Shown here in pieces: positions 1 through 8,443 of a DNA stretch of 64,000 nucleotides. The stretch is from Chloroflexota bacterium. Lineage in GTDB: Bacteria; Chloroflexota; Limnocylindria; Limnocylindrales; CSP1-4. Location of the stretch: assembly GCA_040389445.1 (NCBI GenBank), contig JAZJZX010000004.1, forward strand, positions 36,696-100,695, written 5' to 3'. Made by a program: the position numbers and the translations under genes. Within the stretch, counting starts at the first letter, position 1. Each line of letters begins with the position of its first letter. The notes beneath the pieces were generated by a model that did not search any database, had not been told where the DNA came from, and worked only from the letters and a program-made list of their open reading frames with translations.

Positions 1-804
1 CGCGACGCCACCGCCACCGAAGTCCTCGAACACAACGAAGTGGCGGACGAGATCGAGAAATCGGCGCTTCTCGAACACGCCTTCGAGTACGACCTGAAGC
101 TCACTCAGCGACGCCGGCGCGTCACCGTGCCCTGCGATCGTCCGCCACGGCTTGAACCACTCGCGGCCCGCGCCGATGACGCCAATCCGCGCTTGCGTCC
201 CGTCTGAGGCGACGAGTGCCGCGTTGTACGCGAAGAGCGTTGGGATCTGCGCCTGGTACGTCTCGAGTTGGTGGAACGCCGACCAGATCGTCGTGTTCTC
301 GTCGGCCGGATTCTTCAACTCGATGACCGCCAGTGGCAGGCCATTCAGGAAGACGATGACGTCCGGCCGGCGCGTGTGCTGGCCCTCGGCCAGGGTGAAC
401 TGGTTGACCGCAAGCCAGTCGTTGTTCTCCGGGTCGTCGAAGTCGATCACTCGCGCCTGCGCCCCTGCGATCGAGCCGTCCGGTCGGCGGTACTCCACGG
501 TCACGCCGTCGACGAGCATCCGGTGGAGTGCGTGGTTGCGATCGAGGAGCGTCGGGGCATCGGTCCGGGTCAGCTTCCGGTATACGTCGTCGAGCGCTTC
601 TGGCGGGATTGCGGGGGTGAGGCGTGAGAGCGCCTGGCGGAGCCGGCGCTCCAGGACGACATCGCGGTATCCGGGGTCGGTGCGCTCGGCAGCGGGTTCG
701 CCGAAGGCAATATCCGGCCCATGGAGGACCACGTACCCAAGCTCACCGAGCCATGCCAGGGCAGCATCCTCGACTACCGATTCGGTGAACCCAGCGCCGG
801 TCAC
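1..804 (-). CDS. hsdR: Type I restriction enzyme R subunit (HsdR), N-terminal part. The gene continues beyond the window start.
   Basis: The minus-strand translation from the GTG at 804 reads [29 protein letters not shown]...[19 protein letters not shown]...[32 protein letters not shown]...[10 protein letters not shown]. This is the conserved HsdR N-terminal nuclease/DNA-binding region (compare EcoR124I 'ILVNGLPLVQIELKK'). The frame is open to position 1, and the GTG start overlaps the upstream gene's stop (GTGA). Confidence 0.85.
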   Translation of the reverse strand, partial: MTGAGFTESVVEDAALAWLGELGYVVLHGPDIAFGEPAAERTDPGYRDVVLERRLRQALSRLTPAIPPEALDDVYRKLTRTDAPTLLDRNHALHRMLVDGVTVEYRRPDGSIAGAQARVIDFDDPENNDWLAVNQFTLAEGQHTRRPDVIVFLNGLPLAVIELKNPADENTTIWSAFHQLETYQAQIPTLFAYNAALVASDGTQARIGVIGAGREWFKPWRTIAGHGDAPASLSELQVVLEGVFEKRRFLDLVRHFVVFEDFGGGGVA

Positions 805-1676
805 TCGGCAGTCTCCCGGGCGCCGTCGAAGGCACGAAGGGCGATCCGAACTGTCTCGACGGCCTCGTTGCGGAGACGTGCTCGCGCCTCAGGATCGCCC
901 GTCACCTCGAGAAACGCCGCGTACGCCGTGGGCGCGTCATTGCGAGCTTCGCTGAACCGGTCGCGAAGGAGTGCGAGCGCCTCGGCGGCAAGAGGATCCG
1001 CGACAACCTGGCTCACGGCCATTTCCCGACCAGAGCCCTCAGGTCCATCCGGGTGGTTCGCGAGGATCCAGATGATGTCGTACGCGTCCTTGTCGTGGTG
1101 TCGATCGAAGAAGGCCGAGATCTTCAGGATCACGAACGGCAGCAGACCGGCCACCCGCACTCTGGCAGTGGCCACGCCGCCGCCGTCGAGCCTCTCGGCA
1201 GCGATCTCCACGAGCTTGTAGTCCAGGCTCACGAGATGGGCTCCATGGACATTGAACGCCTGGAAGCGCGACCCCGACCCAGACCGAGGTTTGAAGCTAA
1301 CACCCGGTTCGACCTTGTCCGTGTCGCAGATGAATTCGAGGATCAGGCTGACGCCGTCGGCCTCCTTGCGCCATCGGAAGTCCGGGTCGTCCACGAGCGG
1401 AGCCTGGCGGAACCCGGCATCCAGGAGGTTCCGCGCCAGCGTCTCGTACGATTTGGAGGTCGGGTCGTCCACCATGAGAATCACGGCAAGGTCGACGTCT
1501 CGGGATCCCACGTGAGCCGGGGCCTCATCGCTGGCGCGACCGTACAGGTACCGGGGCACGAGCCCACCCACAAGATAGAGCCGCCGTCCCCAGAAGCCGG
1601 CGTTCCCGATGACCGTGACGAGCATCCGCTCGCACAGGTCGGTAATGGTCGGGTCGTAGTCCCCCGCGCTGGCCAT
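801..1676 (-). CDS. abiEii: AbiEii/AbiGii-family nucleotidyltransferase, a type IV toxin-antitoxin / abortive-infection toxin-like protein.
   Basis: 291 aa. It has a GG...GSRDVDLAV nucleotidyltransferase motif and the C-terminal K[19 protein letters not shown] signature ((R/K)DhYDh) typical of PF08843/DUF1814. It follows the putative AbiEi gene with a 2-nt spacer, and its stop overlaps the hsdR GTG start. Confidence 0.6.
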   Translation of the reverse strand: MASAGDYDPTITDLCERMLVTVIGNAGFWGRRLYLVGGLVPRYLYGRASDEAPAHVGSRDVDLAVILMVDDPTSKSYETLARNLLDAGFRQAPLVDDPDFRWRKEADGVSLILEFICDTDKVEPGVSFKPRSGSGSRFQAFNVHGAHLVSLDYKLVEIAAERLDGGGVATARVRVAGLLPFVILKISAFFDRHHDKDAYDIIWILANHPDGPEGSGREMAVSQVVADPLAAEALALLRDRFSEARNDAPTAYAAFLEVTGDPEARARLRNEAVETVRIALRAFDGARETAE

Positions 1677-1678
1677 CG

Positions 1679-2761
1679 TCAGATCCCCAGAACCGACTCG
1701 CGGAAGAACTGCGCCTGCTCCTTGCCACGGCGCGGGTCCCGGAGGGAGTCAAGGTAGATCCGCGTGTCCGCGGCAAGCCAGATCCCGCCCACCACGCGGC
1801 GGAACCGCAGCTCCGCGTCATCCGCACCCTGGACGATCACGAGGTTGGAGCCCTCATCCGTCTGGCGAGCCTCCAGAGCGTGCAGCGCATCGCTCGCCGA
1901 GATGCCGGCGGTCACGCGAACCTGGGTGACCGGAACCGAGGTGAGTGCGGGAGCCAGGATCGCCGCGGCGGCGATCCCCGTGATCGCGTGCGGGATCCCG
2001 GCCCCAACCAGCCGCTCGGAGAGCAGCGCAGCGGTTCGGGCGCCGGGTCGGGTAAGCACGAACGCCGCCGTGCGCCGAGCGCCCCGCTCCTTCTCCTCTT
2101 CGGACCAGAGGTCAAGAAGCGCCCCGGGGTTTGCTATCCGGCGCACCTTGCGGGGGCCGGTTCCCTCGGCGGCCAGAATGGCCGCAGTCTCCAGGCGGGC
2201 GAGCACTCGATGGGCCAGCCCGCTGGACACGCCGGCCTCAGCGGCAATGTCCGCCACGCGCCACGAACGATCCCGATCGAGGAGGAGCGCCTGCGCAATG
2301 AGTCCCGCCTTGCCGGCCAGGCGCGCCTTCACGTGCTCCCGATCGACGATCACTGCGGCGGCGCCGAACGATCCGGTGCGGACGAAGACGCCCGGAAGGC
2401 GGATGGAGGCGTTCCCAAGCCCATCCAGGTACGCGACCCCGTTCGCTTCGAGGATCTGCCGCGCACCTTCGCTCGTGTGTTCAGCGACGAGGATGAAGTC
2501 GCGGCCCTTTGGCGTTCGACGAGCCAGTGCCACGATCGCGTGGGCATTCGCCGCATCTACGCGCCGCTTCGTCTCGAGGACGATCGGGCGAGGCCGGCCC
2601 TCGATACTAATCTCCGCATCTGGCCGAGTTGCCGCGTCGAAACCCGGCTGCGCCCTGATGGCGCTCAGCGCCCACGCTTCGAGAGGGGCGGCAATCTTCA
2701 CTGGAAGTTGGTTCTTCACTGCAGCAGTGAAGATACCTGTTGGAGTGAATATGTCAACCAC
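1679..2761 (-). CDS. abiEi: Putative AbiEi-like antitoxin / transcriptional regulator with an internal HTH, partner of the AbiEii-like gene.
   Basis: 360 aa with a GTG start at 2761. It contains a helix-turn-helix (SWRVADIAAEAGVSSGLAHRVLARLE), and its stop is 2 nt from the AbiEii start. The gene pairing and size match AbiE systems. The 5' ~60 nt are markedly AT-richer than the surroundings. The family assignment rests on context plus weak sequence features. Confidence 0.45.
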   Translation of the reverse strand: MVDIFTPTGIFTAAVKNQLPVKIAAPLEAWALSAIRAQPGFDAATRPDAEISIEGRPRPIVLETKRRVDAANAHAIVALARRTPKGRDFILVAEHTSEGARQILEANGVAYLDGLGNASIRLPGVFVRTGSFGAAAVIVDREHVKARLAGKAGLIAQALLLDRDRSWRVADIAAEAGVSSGLAHRVLARLETAAILAAEGTGPRKVRRIANPGALLDLWSEEEKERGARRTAAFVLTRPGARTAALLSERLVGAGIPHAITGIAAAAILAPALTSVPVTQVRVTAGISASDALHALEARQTDEGSNLVIVQGADDAELRFRRVVGGIWLAADTRIYLDSLRDPRRGKEQAQFFRESVLGI

Positions 2762-2963
2762 TGTCGGCAGGTCGCCAGCGGCTCTCGATCCGCTTGACTG
2801 CCTGGACCGACTCGTCGAAGTCCTGCTCGACGGGCGACGGAAGCGACGCGAGATGGGCGGAGGAGCACTCGGATTCGGACTCGGCCCACGCCACCGCGAC
2901 TTCGTGCGAGACCATGCCGGCTTGTCCCGCAGACCCTTCGAGGGCCGTGGCGCGCGCGCAGGC

Positions 2964-4799
2964 TCATCGCCGCAGAACTCTCACCCGGACCGGTCCCCGC
3001 TCCTCGAACCGCCCTACGAAGTCCGAGTCATCGGCGATGAATCCCCCCAGGTCGTAAACGAGGAACAGGGCGCTTCGCCCCCGATCCGCGTACTTCGGGA
3101 TGTCGGCGAGCATCTCATCAGTCACTTTCCGCACGTCCGACTTCATGCGAACGAGCTTCGCCTCGACGAACAGGTCCGGCTCGTCGGCGGCGTCCCCCTG
3201 CGTCGATCCGCTGAAGTCTGGTCTCGTTCCGACCTGGCCGAAGCTGACGGTCGGGAACTCGCGGTCGAGGTTCATCTTCGCTGCGGTCTGAGCGACGTCG
3301 ATCTGCCTCTGGAGCTCGTCCTCGTTGGATGGCTGGTGGCCAGCGAAGCCTTTCCGGATGGCCGGCGTCACGACCTCGGCGATCCGGTCAGCGAGTCGTT
3401 CCCACGGCTCTCGGCGGTGCTCAAGCTCGCCAATCCTTCTGAGAAGGCCCCCCGTCGGCAGCTTGCCACGTACATAGTCGGGGTGGTTTCGCGTCCAGAC
3501 GGCCTGGTACGCCCCATCGATTTGCTCCGCGTGGCGCTGGACAAGCGCGTAGATCCTTGTGATCTCGTCATTCACATTGCCGGCGACTTGGGCGGCCCGC
3601 CACACGTCCTGCTCCCGCGCGAGATCATCCGGGGTCATGTCGAGCGTGGTCCACGCGAAGCGCAGGTACTGCTCCGCATACATGGCCGGCTCGCCATCTT
3701 TCAACGGGTCCCGAAACAAGTCCACCTGATGCTGCGGACGCTCGATGTCGTCATCCCACCCCGCCGCGATGCCGGCAAAGCGACGGTCGACGCACTGCGA
3801 GCAGGTGCCACAGTGGGGCTGGATCGGCCGCCGGAACATGCCACGCGCGCATGAGACCGTGCGGTGAGCCAAGGCTTCCCCGCCCCGAGTGATGGCTTCC
3901 CTAATCACGTCGGCCTTGGTGCTGTCGGCAAAGGGCGTTTCGACGGTGACCTCGATACCGAGGGCAACGAGGAGCTGGCGATAGAGCCAGAGCGTCTTGG
4001 GGTGCGTCGTCCGCGAGCGCATGGCTCCGACCGACTGGGCCGACTGGGCGAGGTTCAGGCTTGTCACCCCATTTTCCGGCACGATCAACCGATTCAGCCC
4101 GGCCTGCATCGCCACGGCGACGCCAAGGCCGAGGTAGAGCACGCCTCTCGACCGCTGGGTGTAGTCCTGGGCATCGCCCGCTCCGGGACCCCGGACGGTC
4201 TGGAGCGTGGGATTCGGAAAACGCCAGCCCGCCTTCGTCGTTCTGAGAACTTCGAGCACTCCATCCTTGAAGCTCCGGCCCGTGTTCGTCGTCCAGTGGC
4301 TCGCGAGGATCGGCCGTTCGCCGTCGTCGACGAGACGAAGCGCGCCAGCGAGCGAGTCAAGGCCGCCCGAGAAGAGCGAGACGCACGTTGGATCATCGCC
4401 GCCGGCCGCAACAAGATCGAGCTTGAGTTGCTCGTCGGCCTGGCCCCGGCGGAATTCGAATGTCCAGGAGTCGTCTGTCGCGAACTCGAGCACTGCCGTC
4501 AACTCGTCGCGGACCGCGTTCCACCGGTCTGGCTCGTGAACGGGCACGTGCAGCGCGAGCTCCCGGCGCCAGTTCTTGGCGAGCGGATCCCGCTTCCGCG
4601 CCCGCGGCACAGCTCCGTCTGCGAGGAAAACGTAGGCGGCGACAGTCAACAGGTCCCGGACCAGGGGCAGGAGTGTCCTCGCGGCGGACTTCTCGACGCC
4701 GGTGACGTTGAGCACGACCTGGCGGTTTGGCGGTGATGGATCGAGCGTCACGGAGGCGCCCGACACGGTAGGCGGTGGTCCGCAGTGGATGACCGTCAT
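2964..4799 (-). CDS. QueC-like PP-loop ATPase (7-cyano-7-deazaguanine-synthase-like fold) with a unique N-terminal extension and a C-terminal PD-(D/E)xK restriction-endonuclease-like domain. Candidate defense effector or modifier.
   Basis: 611 aa. It has the PP-loop VSLFSGGLDSLAGA (SGGxDS) and a QueC-type zinc site C-x12-C-x2-C-x2-C (SCARGMFRRPIQPHCGTCSQCVDRR). The C-terminus carries ...TRPDFSGS...DEPDLFVEAKLVR, giving a PD...EAK nuclease motif. Its ATG overlaps the stop of the upstream 254-aa gene (ATGA). Confidence 0.6.
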   Translation of the reverse strand: MTVIHCGPPPTVSGASVTLDPSPPNRQVVLNVTGVEKSAARTLLPLVRDLLTVAAYVFLADGAVPRARKRDPLAKNWRRELALHVPVHEPDRWNAVRDELTAVLEFATDDSWTFEFRRGQADEQLKLDLVAAGGDDPTCVSLFSGGLDSLAGALRLVDDGERPILASHWTTNTGRSFKDGVLEVLRTTKAGWRFPNPTLQTVRGPGAGDAQDYTQRSRGVLYLGLGVAVAMQAGLNRLIVPENGVTSLNLAQSAQSVGAMRSRTTHPKTLWLYRQLLVALGIEVTVETPFADSTKADVIREAITRGGEALAHRTVSCARGMFRRPIQPHCGTCSQCVDRRFAGIAAGWDDDIERPQHQVDLFRDPLKDGEPAMYAEQYLRFAWTTLDMTPDDLAREQDVWRAAQVAGNVNDEITRIYALVQRHAEQIDGAYQAVWTRNHPDYVRGKLPTGGLLRRIGELEHRREPWERLADRIAEVVTPAIRKGFAGHQPSNEDELQRQIDVAQTAAKMNLDREFPTVSFGQVGTRPDFSGSTQGDAADEPDLFVEAKLVRMKSDVRKVTDEMLADIPKYADRGRSALFLVYDLGGFIADDSDFVGRFEERGPVRVRVLRR

Positions 4800-5560
4800 G
4801 AGGCGCGCGTGATCTCGTCCGCGATCTTCCGCATCGCCACCGCGGCCACGCCTTCAGTCCGATCCAGGCCACCGAGCCATTGACGCTTCGAGTACCAGGC
4901 GCCGGCGAAGTCCTCGACGATTCGAGCCGCCTCGGATGCGTAGCGATCGACGCCATCGGTGAACAACTGAATCTCTGCCTCGGATCGGAGCCGTCCGTCG
5001 CCCCCGAGGAGATTGGCGGCCTCGTGGTCGGTGAAATACCGGAGCGAGCGGGAGAGGAGCCGGGCAAAGAACAGGTGGGCGAGCTGCGCGAAGCCTCGCT
5101 CGGTTGAGAACGAGTGGTAAGCCTGCCGCGCATCGTCCAGCCCGGAGAGGAAGAGGCTGCCGGTCTGCGACGTGATGGTCCGGGTCAGCGACTCCTGGAG
5201 AGCGCCGAGAGCGAACTCCGTGAAGATCGTTCGCTGACTCGTCGGTCCGAACCGGTTCTCGGCCTCGCGCAGGACGTTCCCGAGAAGACCCAGGGCATCT
5301 TCGTTGCCCGTCACGGTGAAGCCGTAGCCGCGCAGGGCTTCGGCGAAGTCATCGCGACGTGACGCATCGGCCAGGAGCGCCATCACCCGGAGGCTCTCCA
5401 CGACGCCTGGGTCTTCGCCAGCCGCACGATAAGCCTTCTCGGCTGCGCCAACGACAGCGCGCGCTACGGTTCCGACGTCCACGTCAGGATCGTCCATGAG
5501 CCGGACGACGTGCGACCAGCGTCGCGTCTTAGGGAGCTCGCCGAGGCGAATGTGCCCCAT
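4796..5560 (-). CDS. Hypothetical all-alpha protein of ~254 aa, translationally coupled between hsdS and the QueC-like gene. Possible QatB-like partner or substrate.
   Basis: The ORF has protein-like composition. Its ATG at 5560 shares one base with the hsdS stop (TGATG), and its stop overlaps the QueC-like ATG (ATGA). No recognisable catalytic motif. After removal of the initiator Met the N-terminus is M-G-H... Confidence 0.5.
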   Translation of the reverse strand: MGHIRLGELPKTRRWSHVVRLMDDPDVDVGTVARAVVGAAEKAYRAAGEDPGVVESLRVMALLADASRRDDFAEALRGYGFTVTGNEDALGLLGNVLREAENRFGPTSQRTIFTEFALGALQESLTRTITSQTGSLFLSGLDDARQAYHSFSTERGFAQLAHLFFARLLSRSLRYFTDHEAANLLGGDGRLRSEAEIQLFTDGVDRYASEAARIVEDFAGAWYSKRQWLGGLDRTEGVAAVAMRKIADEITRAS

Positions 5561-6896
5561 CAACCGACCCCGTGGCTTTCGCGCCGCGACCCGAGTGTGC
5601 GCACGGAGCGTTCCTCTTGACTTCGGGAGATGTGCAGTACGCCCGAGATCAGGTCTGGTAGCAGCGCGTCGCGCAGGGCGGCGAGAGTTCGGGATTGCGC
5701 AGTCATCATCGACGCCTGTTCGAGAAGACGGTGGACCACGGTTCCAAAGAGCCGGGCAACTTCGGACGACGGGGACACGGCGAGGAAATAGGACAGGGAC
5801 TCTGCTGGCACCCGCTGTCGACCGCTGGAGCCCGTCATGCTCTGGATCGCGAACTCCCGAAACTCATCGCTACGCGCCAAGCAGTAGGCGTACTCGGTCG
5901 GAAGCGGGGGCTCTGCGCGGAGGACGATGTACTCGGTTGAGCCCCAGCCAACCTGGCCAGGCTCGAGGAAGTCAACGTATGCAGTCTTGCCGTTCTCGAG
6001 ACACGGCGTGATCCGGGCGACCAACGTATCCCCGTTCTGGAAACGCATTCCCGAACCGAAGGGGCGATCAACCACAGCGTCTGGCGAGTGGCCGCGAGTC
6101 GGCATGTTGGCCATGTCCAGGTATGGCGCGACAACGCCCTTGCGCAATGAGCGCGGCGGGTTGACCTTCACGACCGCAGGCAGCGGCGCCAATCGCCAGC
6201 CCGTCGGGATCTCCCCAAGCTCCGAGTCCTCGAAGGAACCCGGGAACAAATCGGCGAGGTGGGGTGGGAGGCCGGGGTCGCGGCCTTCGGACTTGGCGCG
6301 GACGGGGTCGAAGTCGACGAACCAGGACTTGAAGAGGGCCCGCGCGATCGCCTCGAGGGCCTCGCTCATCCGGCGGTTCAGCTCGATCTTGTCGTCCAGC
6401 GTGCCGAGGATGTGGGCGATGCGGCGCTGCACCCTATCAGGCGGTAATCCGAACCGGAAGCCAAGTAGCCGTTCCTTCGACAGGTTCATGATCGCCGTGC
6501 CTACTGCGTACGCTTCGATGCGCTCACGGAAGTCGGCCGATTGCAGGACGTAGCCGAGGTATGCCGGGTCAATCCGGTCAGGTTTTGGCCGGATTGCGGC
6601 ACAGAATGCTCCGACGCACCCGTCCCACGTTTGGCGCAATGGGGCGAGACGACCAACAGCCTTGCGGCTACCACTCGACATCGCAATCACGACGTCGAAA
6701 CGGCGCAAGTGCTGTGCTTCTCGGACGAGACGCGTCGGGACGTAGATGACATTGGCGAGATCCAGAGTGTGATCCCCGATGTTCGTGGCGCGCAGCAGTG
6801 GTACCGCGCCCGTGGACTCAGTTGCGAGCTCGCTGGGACGGAAGTTGACGCCACGCACAAGATCGGCAACTTCGCCGAGCTGAACCTCACCCTCAG
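5560..6896 (-). CDS. hsdS: Type I restriction-modification specificity subunit (HsdS).
   Basis: The sequence [24 protein letters not shown]...[16 protein letters not shown]...[26 protein letters not shown]... shows two target-recognition domains plus conserved HsdS repeats. The likely GTG start at 6896 overlaps the hsdM stop (GTGA). The ORF track's longer 542-aa version has a low-complexity N-terminus that overlaps hsdM and is probably not translated. Confidence 0.85.
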
Positions 6897-8443
6897 TCAC
6901 CGAAGCCGAGCTCCCGCAGGTTCGCATCGATGAGCGCGTCGAGCCGCTGGCCCTCGGCGACCTGTTCGCGTAAGGTCGCGCCAAGCCTCGCCATCTTCTC
7001 GTCGAACGGCTCGGCGTCCTCCTCGGTGGCGGCAGCGCCGACGTAGCGGCCGGGGGTAAGCACGTGACCGTGCTTGCGGATCTCGTCGAGCGGGACGGAC
7101 CGGCAGAAGCCGGGCACGTCGGCGTACTCGCCGGCGCCCTCGTCGCCGCGCCAGGCGTGGTAGGTACCGGCGATCGTCGCCACGTCATCGTCGGTCAGTT
7201 CGCGGTGCGTTCGATCGACGAGCGAGCCCATCTTCCGGGCGTCGATGAAGAGCGTCTCGCCGCGGCGGTCGCGGAAGCGGCCGTTGCGCCGGTCGCGGGC
7301 GAGGAACCAGAGGCAGACCGGGATCTGGGTCGAGTAGAAGAGCTGGCCCGGCAGGGCGACCATGCAGTCGACGAGGTCAGCCTCGATGATCGCCTTGCGG
7401 ATCTCGCCCTCGCCCGACTGGTTGGTCGACATCGAGCCGTTGGCGAGGACGAAGCCGGCGATTCCGGTCGGCGCGAGATGGTGGATGAAGTGCTGGACCC
7501 AGGCGAAGTTCGCGTTGCCCGCCGGCGGCTCGCCGTACACCCAGCGCTTGTCGCCCTTCAGGAGTTCGCCCCGCCAGTCGCTGTCGTTGAAGGGCGGATT
7601 GGCCAGGACCCAGTCGGCCTTGAGGTCCGGGTGGCGGTCGTTGTGGAAGGTGTCGCCGTGGGCGATCTGGGCGTCGATGCCGCGGATCGCGAGGTTCATC
7701 GCGGCCAGCCGCCAGGTCGTGTAGTTGGACTCCTGGCCGTAGATGCTGATGTCGCCGAGCTTGCCCGCGTGGGCCTCGATGAACTTCTCGCTGCTCACGA
7801 ACATCCCACCCGAGCCGCAGCACGGGTCATACACGCGGCCCTTGTAGGGCGCCAGCATCTCGACGAGGATCCGGACGACGTGCGACGGCGTGTAGAACTG
7901 GCCGCCCTTCTTGCCCTCGGCGCTCGCGAACTGGGCGAGGAAGTACTCATAGACCCGACCGAGCGTGTCCTTCGCCCGGTCGGCGGGGGCTCCCAGCGCG
8001 ATGTCGGAGACGAGGTTGATGAGCTGGCCGAGGCGCGCCTTGTCGAGGCCGGGCCGGGCGTAGTCCTTGGGCAGCACGCCCTTGAGGGTCGGGTTGTCCC
8101 GCTCGATGGCGGCCATCGCGTCGTCGACGAGGGTGCCGATCGTGGGCTGGGGAGCGCTCGCCTTCAGGTGCGTCCAGCGGGCTTCCCTGGGGACCCAGAA
8201 GATGCTGACGGCCCGGTACTCGTCGGGGTCCTCGGGGTCGGCGCCAGCGGCGCGGTCGGCCTCGAGTTCGGCGTGCTTCGCCTCGAAGGCGTCGCTGATG
8301 TACTTCAGGAAGATCAGGCCCAGGACGACGTGCTTGTACTCGGCCGCGTCCATGTTGTTGCGCAGGGCGTCGGCGGTCTGCCAGAGGCGCGCCTCGAAGC
8401 TAACGGGAGCGGCGGTGTCCGGGCGGCCGGAGCCCCTTGCCAT
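6893..8443 (-). CDS. hsdM: Type I restriction-modification N6-adenine DNA methyltransferase (HsdM).
   Basis: 516 aa. The N-terminus reads [39 protein letters not shown], it carries the NPPFN catalytic motif, and it has a SAM-binding fold. Its ATG shares one base with the upstream DUF262 gene's stop (TGATG). Confidence 0.95.
   Translation of the reverse strand: MARGSGRPDTAAPVSFEARLWQTADALRNNMDAAEYKHVVLGLIFLKYISDAFEAKHAELEADRAAGADPEDPDEYRAVSIFWVPREARWTHLKASAPQPTIGTLVDDAMAAIERDNPTLKGVLPKDYARPGLDKARLGQLINLVSDIALGAPADRAKDTLGRVYEYFLAQFASAEGKKGGQFYTPSHVVRILVEMLAPYKGRVYDPCCGSGGMFVSSEKFIEAHAGKLGDISIYGQESNYTTWRLAAMNLAIRGIDAQIAHGDTFHNDRHPDLKADWVLANPPFNDSDWRGELLKGDKRWVYGEPPAGNANFAWVQHFIHHLAPTGIAGFVLANGSMSTNQSGEGEIRKAIIEADLVDCMVALPGQLFYSTQIPVCLWFLARDRRNGRFRDRRGETLFIDARKMGSLVDRTHRELTDDDVATIAGTYHAWRGDEGAGEYADVPGFCRSVPLDEIRKHGHVLTPGRYVGAAATEEDAEPFDEKMARLGATLREQVAEGQRLDALIDANLRELGFGD

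Noticed and set aside
152-1221. Plus-strand ORFs 152..955 and 721..1221, and the apparent open frame 1..207.
   Set aside because: They overlap, on the opposite strand, a sequence whose minus-strand translation is an unambiguous HsdR N-terminus and AbiEii. The composition is low-complexity and Arg-rich.
1764-3854. 696-aa plus-strand ORF overlapping the AbiEi-like and QueC-like genes.
   Set aside because: It is antisense to well-supported minus-strand genes and its composition is extremely Arg/Ser/Ala-rich, typical of spurious long ORFs in ~70% GC DNA.
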